Part shown: piece by piece, positions 50,881-63,100 of the stretch | Numbering within the stretch: the first letter of the stretch is position 1 | How the letters are laid out: the number at the start of each line of letters is the position of its first letter | NCBI GenBank assembly: GCA_963822965.1 | Contig: CAWGJT010000005.1 | Coordinates: 1,568,001 to 1,632,000 of the forward strand | Length of the DNA: 64,000 nt | From: an uncultured delta proteobacterium | GTDB taxonomy: Bacteria; Myxococcota_A; UBA9160; UBA4427 | Direction: 5' to 3' | Translations under genes and position numbers: made by a program | The notes under the pieces: model-generated | Told to the model about the DNA's origin: nothing | Databases searched by the model: none | Seen by the model: the letters and a program-made list of their open reading frames with translations, nothing else

Positions 50881-52080
50881 TCAGGCCGGGCGCCGCTGGT
50901 TCAGCTCTCGCGCGTTGTCGCGCACGATCAGCTGAACCGTCTTGTCGTCCATGCCCTCCAGCTCCTCGAGGTAGTCCAGGGGCTGGGGCATGCCCTCGAT
51001 GTGCGGCCAGTCCGAGCCGAAGATGACGCGCTCCGGACCCATGTACTCCACCACCTCGTGCGGATCGTCCTCCCAGAAGGGATTGATCCAGACGTGGCGC
51101 TTGAAGAGCTCCGCCGGGTCCTCCTTGAAGTACCCGGGCATCTTCTTGACGGTGGACGCGAGCTTCCGGAAGAGGTCCGGCAGGAACTCCGAGCCGTTCT
51201 CCACCGAGGCGACCCGCACGTTCGGGAAGCGCTCGAAGAGCTTCGCGAAGGAGATGGTGAGCAGCCAGTCGTAGGCGGCCCGCTCGATGTTGAGCATCTT
51301 GATGTTCGGGGCGCCGAAGCCCCCGAAGTTGGCCCCGAACCCGTCCCGCGCGTAGCCGTTGCTCGAGTAACCGCTGTCGCCCGCGTGGATGACGACCGTC
51401 ACCCCGGCCTCGTTGACGCGCGCCCAGAACGGGTCGAAGCGGGTATCGGCGGGTGAGTAGGGCCCCGTCTCCGTCCAGATCGGCGCCGGACGCATGACGA
51501 CCACCCGCGCGTCCCGCTCGAGGGCCCACTCCAGCTCGCGAATGCCCGCGGCGAGGTCGCCGAGGGCGATGTACGGCGCGGCGAAGATCCGGTTCTGGTA
51601 GTTGAAGCCCCAGTCCTCGGAGAGCCACTGGTTGAAGGCGCGAAACAGGATCGCCACGCCCGCCGGGTCGTGCTTCAGCAGCTCCTCGTAGAGGACGCCC
51701 AGGGTCGGGAACATCCAGCACGCCTCGACGCCCTGTGCGTCCATCACCGGAATCCGCGCCTCGCTGCGCAGGTACTCGGGTCGGATGGGCTCGCGGTCAC
51801 GCAGGAACTCGACGGGGCTCTTGCCGTGCGGATTGCCCCGGAAGTACTCGTGCATCGCGCCGGCCTTCGCGATGGGGTTGAAGGTGGGGTTCGCCACGGC
51901 CCGGCTCACGCGGCCGCCCACCACGTGGTACTTGCGCCCGCCGATCTCGGCCCACTGCACGGTGCGGGGACCGTCTTTGGGATCGAGATGGCGCGTGAAC
52001 GCGTCGAGCGCCTCGTAGTAGTGGTTGTCGGCGTCGAAGACCGGGTAGCCGAGGGTGTCGAGGGGGCTGGTGGAAGCCAC
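50881..52080 (-). CDS. Amidohydrolase family protein (Amidohydro_2)
   Basis: FDADNHYYE, MFPTLG, VIHAGDSG, VENGSEF, IFGSDWPHIEG. Confidence 0.9.
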   Translation of the reverse strand: MASTSPLDTLGYPVFDADNHYYEALDAFTRHLDPKDGPRTVQWAEIGGRKYHVVGGRVSRAVANPTFNPIAKAGAMHEYFRGNPHGKSPVEFLRDREPIRPEYLRSEARIPVMDAQGVEACWMFPTLGVLYEELLKHDPAGVAILFRAFNQWLSEDWGFNYQNRIFAAPYIALGDLAAGIRELEWALERDARVVVMRPAPIWTETGPYSPADTRFDPFWARVNEAGVTVVIHAGDSGYSSNGYARDGFGANFGGFGAPNIKMLNIERAAYDWLLTISFAKLFERFPNVRVASVENGSEFLPDLFRKLASTVKKMPGYFKEDPAELFKRHVWINPFWEDDPHEVVEYMGPERVIFGSDWPHIEGMPQPLDYLEELEGMDDKTVQLIVRDNARELNQRRPA

Positions 52081-52249
52081 GGAACGTCTCCTTGCTCCTT
52101 CTCACAGGAACGGGTCGCGCAGGGCTCTGGTTGCCCGCATCCGGCGGCGGGGCCTGCCGGTGGGACGTCCCCAGTCTACCGAAAGCCGCAGGCGGCCGGC
52201 TGATCCGGGTTCAGCGACGCAGCAGCCGCGCCCCGTTCGCGGCGCGAGG

Positions 52250-53299
52250 TCAGGCGCGGCCGATCCGGCGCAGGGCGCGCTCGAAGAGGCCGACGGTGGT
52301 GGCGTGGAGCACGTCGCCCGTGGCTCGAGGCGCCTTGCCCGCGCAGGCCCGTGCGTGGGTCCCTTCCAGGATGATCCCGAGCTTGTAGCAGGCGAGCACC
52401 TCGTACCAGCCCACGTGCGAGAGGTCGCGGGTGGTGCCCTGCCGGTAGCGCTCGACGAGCTCTTCGGCCTTCGGAAAGCCGTCCCACGGCTGCACGCCGA
52501 CGACCGAGGTCGCGGGCACCTCGGGGTCGGGCCAGGTGGCGAGCAGCCAGCCGAGATCGAGCAGCGGGTCTCCGATGGTGCTGAGCTCCCAATCGACGAT
52601 CGCCGCGAGGTCCGGCGCGTCGTATCGCACCATCACGTTGCCCAGGTGGTAGTCGCCGTGCAGGATGCCCGGCTCGAAGACCGCCGGGCGGTTCGCCTCG
52701 AGCCAGCTCGCCACGTCGCCGACGCCGGGGATGTCGGGCCCGGGGTAGCCCTCGAGCTCCGAGTAGCCGTCGAGCTGCGAACGCCAGCGCTCGACCTGCC
52801 GCTCGAGGTAGCCCTCCGGCCGGCCGAAGTCCTCGAGCCCCACCGCGCGATGGTCCACGCGACCGAGCGCCGCGATGGAATCCACCAGCGAGAAGCCCAT
52901 GGCGCGGCGCACGGCCGGGTCCGAGGCGTGGTACGGGGGAAGCCCCTGGGTGGGGTTGAAGCCCTCGATGGGCTCCATGAGATAGAAGGCGGCCCCGATG
53001 ACGTCCGTCTCGGGCGAGGCCGCGATCAGACGGGGATGCGGCACGTCTGTGTCACGCAGGGCGGCCAGCACCCGCGCCTCGCGTCGCATGGTCTCGTTGC
53101 TGTTGCGCCGCAGGTGCGGCGGCGGCCTTCGCAACACGAAGCGCCGCCCGCCGCGCTCGAAGCGCAGCAGGATGTTCTGGGTCCCACCCGCCAGCAGGGT
53201 GGGGGTCTCGATGGCACCGCCCACGAGCCCCTGCTCGTCCATCCAGGCGGCGAGCCGCTCGAGGTCGACGAGCTCGCGATCGACGGCCGCCTCGCTCAC
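52250..53299 (-). CDS. APH-family phosphotransferase (ACAD10/11 kinase / LvaA-like)
   Basis: GGTQN, VLRRPP, REARVLAAL, FYLMEP, HGDYHLGN, DWELSTIGDPLLDLG; GTGA overlap with the SDR stop. Confidence 0.9.
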   Translation of the reverse strand: MSEAAVDRELVDLERLAAWMDEQGLVGGAIETPTLLAGGTQNILLRFERGGRRFVLRRPPPHLRRNSNETMRREARVLAALRDTDVPHPRLIAASPETDVIGAAFYLMEPIEGFNPTQGLPPYHASDPAVRRAMGFSLVDSIAALGRVDHRAVGLEDFGRPEGYLERQVERWRSQLDGYSELEGYPGPDIPGVGDVASWLEANRPAVFEPGILHGDYHLGNVMVRYDAPDLAAIVDWELSTIGDPLLDLGWLLATWPDPEVPATSVVGVQPWDGFPKAEELVERYRQGTTRDLSHVGWYEVLACYKLGIILEGTHARACAGKAPRATGDVLHATTVGLFERALRRIGRA

Positions 53300-54057
53300 G
53301 GGCTGCCTCCGTCCACGCGCAGCACGGCGCCGGTCGTGAAGCTCGCGGCGTCGCTCGCCAGGTAGAGCGCGGCGCCGACGATCTCCTCCGGCTCGCCCGC
53401 GCGCTGCAGGGCCATGGTCGCCTTCGCCTGGCGCGTGAAGCCCTCGGTGCGAGACCAGGCCTTGCTCACGTCCGTGTGGAATGGGCCGGCCATGATCGTG
53501 TTGACGCGCACCTTCGGGCCGTACTCGTGGGCATAGGCCACGGTGATGGCGTTGAGGCCCGCCTTGGCCGCCGCATAGGGGGCCGTCTGGGGCGTCGGGC
53601 GGACGGCGGCGACGCTGCTGATGTTGAGGATGGAGCCCCCGTCTCCCGCCGCCATGCGGCTGCCCACGAGTGCCGTCAGCCGGAAGGGACCCTTGAGGTT
53701 CACGGCCATCACCTTGTCGTAGAGCGCCTCGCTCGTGTCCAGCGACGAGGGCGCGATGGGCGACATGCCGGCGTTGTTCACCAGCACGTCGATCCTTCCG
53801 AAGTGGTCGTAGGCCGCGTCGACCAGGGATTCGAGGGCGTTCCAGTCTCCCACGTGGCACGCCACCGCGAGGGCGCGGCGTCCCAGCTGCTCGATCTCCC
53901 GGGCGGTGGCCTGGCACGCGTCGAGCTTCCGGCTGGTCACGACGACGTCGGCACCCGCCCGCGCGAATCCCAACGCCATGGCGTGCCCGAGGCCGCGGCT
54001 CCCGCCGGTGACGAGGGCAATCTTCCCACTGAGATCGAAGCTGGGCGCGCTCGCCAA
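53296..54057 (-). CDS. SDR oxidoreductase
   Basis: TGGSRGLG, NNAG, YAAAK. TTG 54057 follows a GAGGGGAG RBS (alternative ATG 54084). Confidence 0.9.
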   Translation of the reverse strand: MASAPSFDLSGKIALVTGGSRGLGHAMALGFARAGADVVVTSRKLDACQATAREIEQLGRRALAVACHVGDWNALESLVDAAYDHFGRIDVLVNNAGMSPIAPSSLDTSEALYDKVMAVNLKGPFRLTALVGSRMAAGDGGSILNISSVAAVRPTPQTAPYAAAKAGLNAITVAYAHEYGPKVRVNTIMAGPFHTDVSKAWSRTEGFTRQAKATMALQRAGEPEEIVGAALYLASDAASFTTGAVLRVDGGSP

Positions 54058-54143
54058 GGCGACTCCCCTCTCGAAGGCCCGCATGCGCGGGGACGACCCA
54101 GGGTATCACCGAAGCGCGGTCGACGACGAGCCTGGGGTGCGGA

Positions 54144-57100
54144 TCAGCCGAGGTCGATCTCGCGCAGGCTGTAGATCGGCTCGTCGTCGTCCACCATCGC
54201 GAGGATGCGGGCCACGTAGTCGTGGTGGCTCGAATCGAGCTCGCCCCAGAGGCGTGCCCGGGGCGCGGTCAGTCCCATCAGCGTCTCGAGGGAAGCGTCG
54301 AGCCGCATGCCCGTGAGGGAGAGCGCCGGGGCGACGTCGAAGCCGCCGGGGTACAGCGTGTCGGCGCCCCGGCCGCCGGCGAGGTCGTCGCGATCCGGTC
54401 CACCCACCAGCACGTCGTCCCCGCTGCCGCCCCGCAGCTCGTCGCGACCCTCGCCGCCCTGGAGGAAGTCGTTCCCGGTGCGACCGTCGAGACGGTCGTC
54501 GCCGGCGCCGCCCGCCAGCCCGTTGGGGCGCACGTTGCCGTCGAGCCGGTCGGAGAAGCGACTCCCCGTGATGCCCTCGAACGCGTGTCCCGACGACAGG
54601 TCGACGAACAGGTCTTCGCGCCGGGACGAGCCGACCTTCTGCACGTTCTTGTCGCCGAGGTCGAAGTCGACGCTGGCGCCGAAGCCCTGGAAGTCGAGGC
54701 GGTCGTTGCCGTCGTTCGCGACGCCGCGGCTGCCGTCGGATTCGAAGAGGCGGTCGACGCCGAGGTCGAGACCCGAGAACACGTAGGTGTCGCCGCCCCC
54801 CTGCCCGTAGAGCCAGTCGTCGCCGCCGCCGCCCTCGAGACGATCCGCGCCGCCCGCACCGGCGTCCGCCACGAAGTCCACGATGCGGTCCTCGAAGCGG
54901 CGCAGGCTGCCGCCGTCTCCCAGCAGCACGTCGCTTCCGCCCGCGCCCTGGAGCACGTCGTCGCCCGCGCCCCCCAGCAGGAAGTCGGCGTCGTCGCCGC
55001 CCGTGAGGACGTCGCGGTCGAGCCCCGGGATGCCCGACCCCACGGCCCCCGCCGACAGCTCCTGCACGACGCCGCCGAAGAGGGTGACCCAGGCCTCGTC
55101 GCCCGCGAGCAGGTCCCGATCGCGGTCGCCGCCCACGAAGACCGCGTCCTTGTCGGGTCCGCCGACCACCTGCAGGCCCGCGAGCACGGGGCGGGCCAGC
55201 CGTTCGCCCGGGAGGACGCCGCCCACGCGGATCGTCGCGGCGTCGCCGCTCAGGCCGCGGAAGACGACGTAGTTGCCCGGATGCGCCGCCGCGGGGTCGC
55301 TGCTCCCGGCCTCCACGTAGACGCCCTCGAAGGTGTGGCCCGCCGGATCGGTGAGATAGAGGGTGCTCGTGCCGTCGCTGATCTGCTGCAGCACCGCCTC
55401 GTCGGCGACGCGGTCGTCGTCCAGGTAGACGTACACGTCGTAGCTCTCGTACCAGCCGGAGAGGCCGGTGAGCTCCACGACGATCGCCTCGCCCGGATCG
55501 CCGCGCAGGAAGCCGTCGAAGAGCCGCTCGTTGTCGCTGGTCGGGATCGATGGCGTCGTGGCTCTCGCCCTGCGCGCCGCCGGAGCCTCCGTCGAGACCC
55601 CAGTCGATTCCCACGCCCGTCGCCGCGCTCCCGTCGTCGAAGACCAGGGTGTCGGGCAGGCCCCGCCCGTCCTTCGCTGCGGCGGAGCCGAAGCGAAGGT
55701 CGTTCCAGCCCGAGACCTCGACGGCGCCGGCGCTGCCGCGAATCGTCGTACCTTCGCGGCCCGCGCCGAAGGTGAAGCTCAGGACGCGTACGTCGCCGTT
55801 GTCGATCGCCGTCGCGCCCGTGTCGATCCGATCGCTGCCGGCGCCGCCGATCGCCAGGTCCTCGCCGTTGCCGGTCCGGATGACGTCGGATCCCGCCGGC
55901 CGGTCGTCCAGGGTGCGGACCTCGCGCAGCTCGCCGGCCATCCACGTCAGACGACCCGCATCGCCCAGCACGACGTCGGCGTCCGAGGCGCCCGCGGCGC
56001 CGTTCCCGTCGGTGACGATGAGATCGTTCGCCGCCGCCGCCCAGGACGAGATCGGCGCCGCCGCCGGTCTGGATGAGAGTCGTCGCCGTCGCGCGCGCCG
56101 AAGAGGCTCTCGATACGGTCGATGGGCCGGTGGTGCCCACGATCTGGATCCCCGAGAGCGCGGCGCCGTCGCGGCCGTTGCCCTCGATGCGCACCGAGGC
56201 GACGTCGCCCGAGACTCCCCGGAAGACCACGTAGTTGCCGGGGGCGCGCCGGCCGCGGTCGTCGCCGTCGCCTCGACGTACGTGCCCGTGAACGTGTTGC
56301 CGCGGGCGTCGTCCAGGTAGAAGGTGGCGTCGCCCAGACTCACGCCCTGGACGGAGGTGCCGGGACCCGTGCGGGAGTCGGCCGCGTCGAGATACACATA
56401 GACGTCGTAGCTGTCGTACCAGGCCGAGAGACCCGAGACGTCCACCCCCAGAGCCTGGCGGGCGTTGCCCTGGAGATAGCCCTCGAAGAGGCGCCGGTCG
56501 TCGCCGGGCGTCTCGCTGGCGTCGATGTCCTCCTGCAGGCGGACGCCGGCTTTCGCGCCGCTGCCGTCCAGGTCGACCCCCCACCGCACGACGCACCCCC
56601 GAGGCGAGACGACCGTCGTCGAAGCGGACGACCTCGGAGGCCTGGTCGCCGAACACGCCCCGCCCGGCGGCGGTGACGTCGATCCAGCCGTCCGCCTCGG
56701 CGCCCGGGCGCGCCGACCACGCCCTCCACCCGGGCGGACGGGCTGCGGCCGCCGAACGAGAACCCGAGGGTCGAGCTCTCCTCCCCCGGCGCGAAGGTCT
56801 CGTGGCCGCCGAAGGTGAGCCGCGCGTCGTCGCCGATGACGATCTCCTTCCCGCGAGCTCCACGTCGACGCGGTGTCGATGGCGTCGCTCGCCCGGCCCG
56901 CCGATCACGAGGTCGGCCCCGGGGCCGCCCACGATCACGTCGTCCCGCAGCGTGTCCGCCCGGCCGAGCTCGAGGCTGCGGACGAAGCGCACGTCGTGGA
57001 CGCCGCCGTCGGTCTGGTTCGAGGGAACCCCGGTGACGAGGAACTGGCTGCTGGCGTCGGGGATCACGTCCCACGGCTCGGTCACCGTGATGACCCCGCC

Positions 57101-60100
57101 GGTGTTGGAGGCGATGGTGCGCGTCTGCGGGAAGCCCGTGCCCGCCGTGATGCGCACCACGAGGCCGACCAGGCCGCCGTCTTCCACGGGCAGCGCGCCG
57201 AGACCGTCGGTGATCTCGCCCACCACCAGGGTCGTGGCCGTCGATCCGGCACCCGCGATTCCCCGCCGGTCGTCGGGCCGATATCCCAGGCGCGTCACCA
57301 GGCGACCGTTCTCGTCGAAGAAGTCCACCTGCCCGTGGTCGCCGAACAGGATGTCGTCGGCGCTGCCGCCGAGCAGCATGTCGGCGCCGTCGCCGCCGAA
57401 GACGACCAGGGGAAGCTCCGGAGCCCGTGGCGTCGACCCGGTCGTCGTCGCGCTCCACGCCGGGGCGCGTGACGACGCCGCCCACGTCCAGGGAGAAGAA
57501 GCCGTCCCCCTGGCGGATGATCTCGTAGCGGCTGGTGGCGTCCGGCAGCACGTCCCAGGGCGCGGTCACCCGCAGCTCGTCTTCGCTGTTCGTTCCGATC
57601 ACGCGGGTCTGGACGAGCGGATCGCCGCCGTCGGTCGACGGGGTCGTCACGCGCACCAGGAAGCCCGCGAGGCCCGTGCCGTCGGTGTCGAAGGGCGCCG
57701 CGGCGTCGAGGAGCGTGCGCAACGAGCTCGACGTCACCGCCCCCGAAGCAACCGTCTCGCCGCCGGCGGCCAGGTTCACGGTGACGTCGTCGTTGCCCAG
57801 ACCGGTGTAGACGAGTGTGACCGCCCGGAAGCGTTCGTCCTCTTCGGTGGTGGGATCGTCGCGCCGCGTCTGGGTCGCCTCCACCTGCAGGGTGTCGTCC
57901 CCCGACCCGAGGTAGACGGTGGTGTTCTCGAGGTCGAGGGTGCTGATGCCGCCGGAGATCACCGTGCCCCGCTGTACCAGGTCGGGGCCCGTTCCGAGGC
58001 CCTGGATGCGATACACCTCGGCGAGACGACCCTCTCCGGTGAACTCGTAGGTCCGGTCCATGCGGCCCCGGTCGTCGGCGACGCTCTCCTGGTTGAAGAC
58101 CAGCAGCAGGTCGATGCGCGTGGCCTCGTCCACCAGCAGGTTGGGATTCGTCATGGAGACCGCGTACTCGAGGCTCGGATCGGCGCCGACGTCCGGCACG
58201 AACGCCCATGCCTCGTCGACGAAGAGGAGCACGCTGCCGTCGCCCAGCTCCTCGAAGGCCGTCACCAGACGCACCTGCCCGATGGCCTCGCCCTCGCGGC
58301 CCCGGGTGATCTCCAGGGTCGCGGTGCTCAGGGCCTCCGGGCCGAGCGCCGCCAGCGCGGCGGCGTCCACGCGCAGGGTGCGACTCGGGTCGAGGACCCG
58401 GGAGGGATCCGCCGGGTCTTCGAGGGCGAGCACGGCCCCCGTCGAGTCCTTCAGGTTCGTCTCGCCGGGAAGCCGCAGGGGGTCGAGGTCGAGACCGGCC
58501 GTCGAGCCGGATCCGCCTTCGCCCTCGATCCGCAGCGGGCCCTTGATCTTGTTGATGATGTTCGCGATGGGCGCGAACTCCTTGGTGTCGCCGCCGTCGA
58601 TCTGGTGGTCGTCGACGGCCTGCACGCGAACCACCTGGGGCGTCGCCCAGTCGAGCGGGGTGAAGCGCAGTACCAGGCTGCCGTCGGCGCCGGGAGTGGC
58701 GCCGGCCGCGTCCGTCTCCAGGGAGACCTGCACGTTGGCGCGGAACGTGGTGCCCGTGACCTGCACGCCCGCGACCGGCCCCTCGTCGACCAGGCCGTCT
58801 CCGACGATCGTGAGCCGGCGCCCGTCGTCGGACAGGCCGGCGATCTCGTAGGTCGCCCCCGCCGCCGTGTCGTTGCTGCCGGTGCCCAGGACGGTGACGG
58901 TGTCCCCCACCCGGAAGCCGTCGGCCAGCCAGTCGCCGTCGCTGCGGACGATCGCGTCTCCGTTCTCGAAGCGCAGGCTCGCGTTGCCCGAGATCGCCGC
59001 GAAGGCGTTCTGCGGGTGCACGATCACGTCGCCGCGGGTGGTGCGGGTGCCCTGGGGGCTGAGCGTGACGAACACGTCCTCGTCGGGCTGGCGGGTCAGC
59101 ACCACCGTGTAGCTGTCGCCGGTTCCGTCCCGGACGTCGTTCTCGCTCACGTCGGTGGAGCCGCCGCTCTCCTCGACGAGCACGCCGGGGATCTCGTCGT
59201 CCCCGATGTCCACGGCCAGGCGGTCCGCGTCGATCGGTCGCGGCGCCGCACCCGGCACCGGCACCTGGTAGGCGGTGCCGCCGCCGCTCACCGTGTGCGT
59301 GATGAAGCCCGTGTGGAAGCCCTCCCGCACCGCGTCGTCGATCGCCACGACGGCGATGGTCCGCGGGCGGAACCAGTCGTCGGCGGTGAACGTGATCTCG
59401 GGCAGGGTGTTCTGGAAGTCGGGCAGCACGAAGAGCTGCGCGGTGTCGTCGCCGTCGGTGAGAACGCTGCCGGGGGCGAGGGTGAGGGTGTCCGCGGTGA
59501 CCGCGGCCACCCCGTAGGTCCCGTCGTTGGCGGTGCTGCCGGCGACCACGACGACCTGACCGGGCGCGAAGCCGTCCAGCAGGAAGGAGCCCCCGCTGCC
59601 CGCGTCGTCCCGAACGATCTGGGGCGCGCCGTCGGTGAAGAAGGAGAGGGTAGGCGCACCGCGCAGGAGCGTGATGGGGGCGAAGCGCAGCTGGTCGGGC
59701 GTTCCCGGAGAGGTGATCTCGTCGAGGGTCACGGTGACGTCCGAGTCCGGCGCCGTGGACAGGAACACCTCGTAGGTGTCGATGGCGAAGCCCAGGCTCG
59801 TGAAGGGCGCGCCCTCGAAGACGGTGGTGCCCTCGCCGGATTCCTGCAGGATCACCGATCCCCGCTCGTCGTCCTCGATGCGGACGGGCACCACGGGGAC
59901 CGCCAGCTTGTCGTAGCGCCGGATCTCGAAGCGGGTGTCGGCGGTGATGTCGCCGCGGAAGGCCTTCCGCACGGTGATCGTGCTCTCGGTGTTCGAGAGG
60001 ATCTGCATCTCCTGGCCGACCCCGCTGCCGCGGATCAGGCGGAGGGTGGCGCCCTTGAGACCCTCGCCGGCGGTGGGCAGGGCCACGTCCACCGAGAAGG

Positions 60101-63100
60101 TGTAGACGTCCACGTCGTCCTGCAGGAAGAGCCGCGGGAGCGTGGAGGTGGAAATCACCTGCACGCTCACCGCGACCCCCGCCTCGGGAGCCGCCGAGGG
60201 GCTCAGGGAGTCGCCGGCGGAGAGGGTGAGGAGGGCGTCCTCGATGGCCGCGATCGTGTAGACCCCGTCGTCGTCCGCGGAGCCCGACACCCGGATCGAC
60301 TGGCCGACCTCGAAGCCGTCCAGGACCCAGCTTCCCTGGGATCGTGCGATGGTGTCGGCGTTGCCGGCGTCGGAGAAGACGAGCTCCGCCGGCCCCCGCA
60401 GCAGTGGGGCGGCCACGCTGATCGTCACGTTTCCCGTCACACGCGGGCGCCTCGAACATCAGCACCGAGTCCGGCGCCAGCTGCAGCACCGTGTCCGTCA
60501 CGTGCTCGACCAGGAACGTGCGGCTGTTGGCCGGCGAGCCGAACACCTCGATGCGCTGGCCGTCTCGGAACCCGTCCTCGAGCCAGCTGCCTCCGCTGCG
60601 GCTGATCTCGTCCGGCCCCTCGTCGGTGGGCTGGAAGCGGATCGTCGCCCGGACCGACACGCTGCTGTCCGTCGCGCTCGCGCCCACGTCGCGCCTCAGG
60701 GTGGGCGACGACACGGCCACGACCACGCCCTCGGCGCCCGCTTCCGGGGCCAACGCGTCCTCGTCCGCGAGCACCAGGGTCAGTCCGTCGGCCGAGACCG
60801 CGCCGACCCGGTAGTGGCCGTCGTTGGACGCGGAGCCCGAGACCACGATGAAGTCGCCGGCCGCGAAGCCGTCCTCCTGCCAGGTGCCGCTGGCCGCGTC
60901 GCGCGTGATGCCGGCGTTCGCGATCCCCGGACCGGCCACGAAGTCGAGCCTGCGGCGCCACGAGCACGGGACCGTCGGTCACGGATGCCGGTGATCGTCT
61001 CCTCGGCCTCCACCTTGTGGAGGATCGTCCCGAAGTGCTGCCCCTCCACCAGGTCGTCGTCTGCGGCCATGAAGCGCACGGTCTGCGGGATGTCCCAGTT
61101 CGTCTCGTCGAACGTGAGCATCGCGCCCGCCGGCTCGATCACCTGCGCGGCCTCCCCGGGCTCGGGCGGCAGGAACCGGATCTGGGGCACCAGGACGATC
61201 TCGCCCCGCTCGTCGCGCACGCCGCGCGTGGGGGAGACCGCGGTGATGCGCACGACGACCCGTCGGCGCCCGGGTGAGCACGACCGTGTAGCTGTCCATC
61301 AGCAGCCCGGCGGCGGCCAGGGCGTCGAAGTCGACTCCCACCGTGCCGTCGTGCTCGATCACCCGCGAGCCGCCGTCGCTCACGCGGATCGCGACGGCGG
61401 GCTCGTCGTTGTCCACCACGTTGGCCGAGATGCCGTCGATGGGAATGCCCTGGTAGGCGGGATCCACGCTCTCGACGCTGTGGGTGACGATGCCGCTGTG
61501 GCCGAGCAGGTCGTTGCTGATGACCGGCGGCGTGTCGCCCGCCACGTTGAAGGTGTCGTTCCCGAGCCCGCCGCTGATCACCGTGAGCACGTTCTCGTTG
61601 GTGCTCTGCACGAAGAAGCGGTCGTCGCCCTCGGCGCCGTCGACCCGCAGCACCTCGACGCCCACGAAGCGCACGGAGAGTCCGGCTCCGTAGATGCCGC
61701 TCTCGGTGACCACGAAGTCGTCGGAGAACTCGGTTCCGATCACGGTCACGGTATCCAGGCCGTCGCCGCCGTCGATGTTGACCGGTGCGTTCACCACGTA
61801 CTGGACGAAGTCCGCGCCCCCGTTGCCCGCGATGTCGGTCCGCTCGCGCTGGTCTTCCTGCTCGACCGAGCCGTCGAGCGCGAAGGCGCGAACGGTGAAG
61901 AAGTCGTCGTCGTCGCCGCCGTTCAGGCTGAGAACCGCCCGGTTGTGGAAGACCGTGAAGGTGTCCTCGCCCTCGTCGCCGTAGATCGTGGTGGGCTCGG
62001 AGATTCCGTTGCTCAGGATAGCCCCGGGTGGTGAGGATCGTCGAGAGCTGGTCGAGCGCCGCGATGCCGCTCACGTCGCCAATGCCGTCGCTGCCCGGCA
62101 CCACCTCGCCGCCCGGGAGGGTGGTCTCCACGTCGGGCACCGAGCTGCGCTCCGACTTGAAGAGCTGGCCGATCTGGAACGTGTCGGCGCCGAAGCCGCC
62201 GAAGATCTCCATGGTGGCGAGGTTGTCGTCGAGGGCGAAGACGTCGTCGCCGTCCCGCGCGAAGACCAGGAACGATTCGAGGTCGTCGCGGTAGTCGAGA
62301 CGCTCGACGCGGTTGGCGGGGATGTCGTTGATGAGCGCCACGAAGGCGCGGGTCGGGTCGGAAGCGCTGGCGCGGAAGAGGAAGCGGTCCACCTCGTTGG
62401 TGCCGTCGAGGATCAGCTGGTCGATGCCCGAGACGCCGCCGTCCCGGACGTCGACGACGCGGGTGGCCATGCCGCCCTGGAAGGGCACCACGTAGAGGTC
62501 GCCGTCCTCACCGCCCACGAGCACGTCGTCGCCCATCTTCGAGCGCAGGGTGTCCCGCCCGGCGTCGCCTTCGAGGCGATCGGCTCCGGCGCCGCCTTCG
62601 AGCTCGTCCGCGCCCGCGCCGCCGTGGAGCGTGTCGGCGTCGGCGTCTCCCTGGAGGCGGTCGTCCCCGGCGTCTCCGAAGAGCGCGTCGGCGCCCCGGC
62701 CGCCGTAGAGGCGATCCGTCTTCTCCGCCGCCGTGGAGCACGTCCGCGCCGTCGCCGCCCAGGACGAGGTCCCGCCCGTCGGCTCCCGTGTCGCCCGCGT
62801 CCGAGTCCGCGACCCGGACCGTCGCGCCCTGCTCCGGGGGCGCCGGCGCGAAGACCGCGTCCGGAACCAGCTCGAGGCGCAGCCCGTCCTCGGAGATGGC
62901 CGCGATCGTGCGCGTGCCGTCGTTCTCGCCGGCGTTCCCGAAGTCGATCCGGAGCCCGGGCGCGAAGCCGTCCTCCAGGAAGCTCCCGAAGCTTCGCTCC
63001 ACGCTGGACGCCTGGACGACGACGTCCGACGCGCCGAGCTCGCGGGTGAGGCGGTCCAGACGCTCGAGGGTCATCACCGCACCGTCGAGGGCCGCGATCG

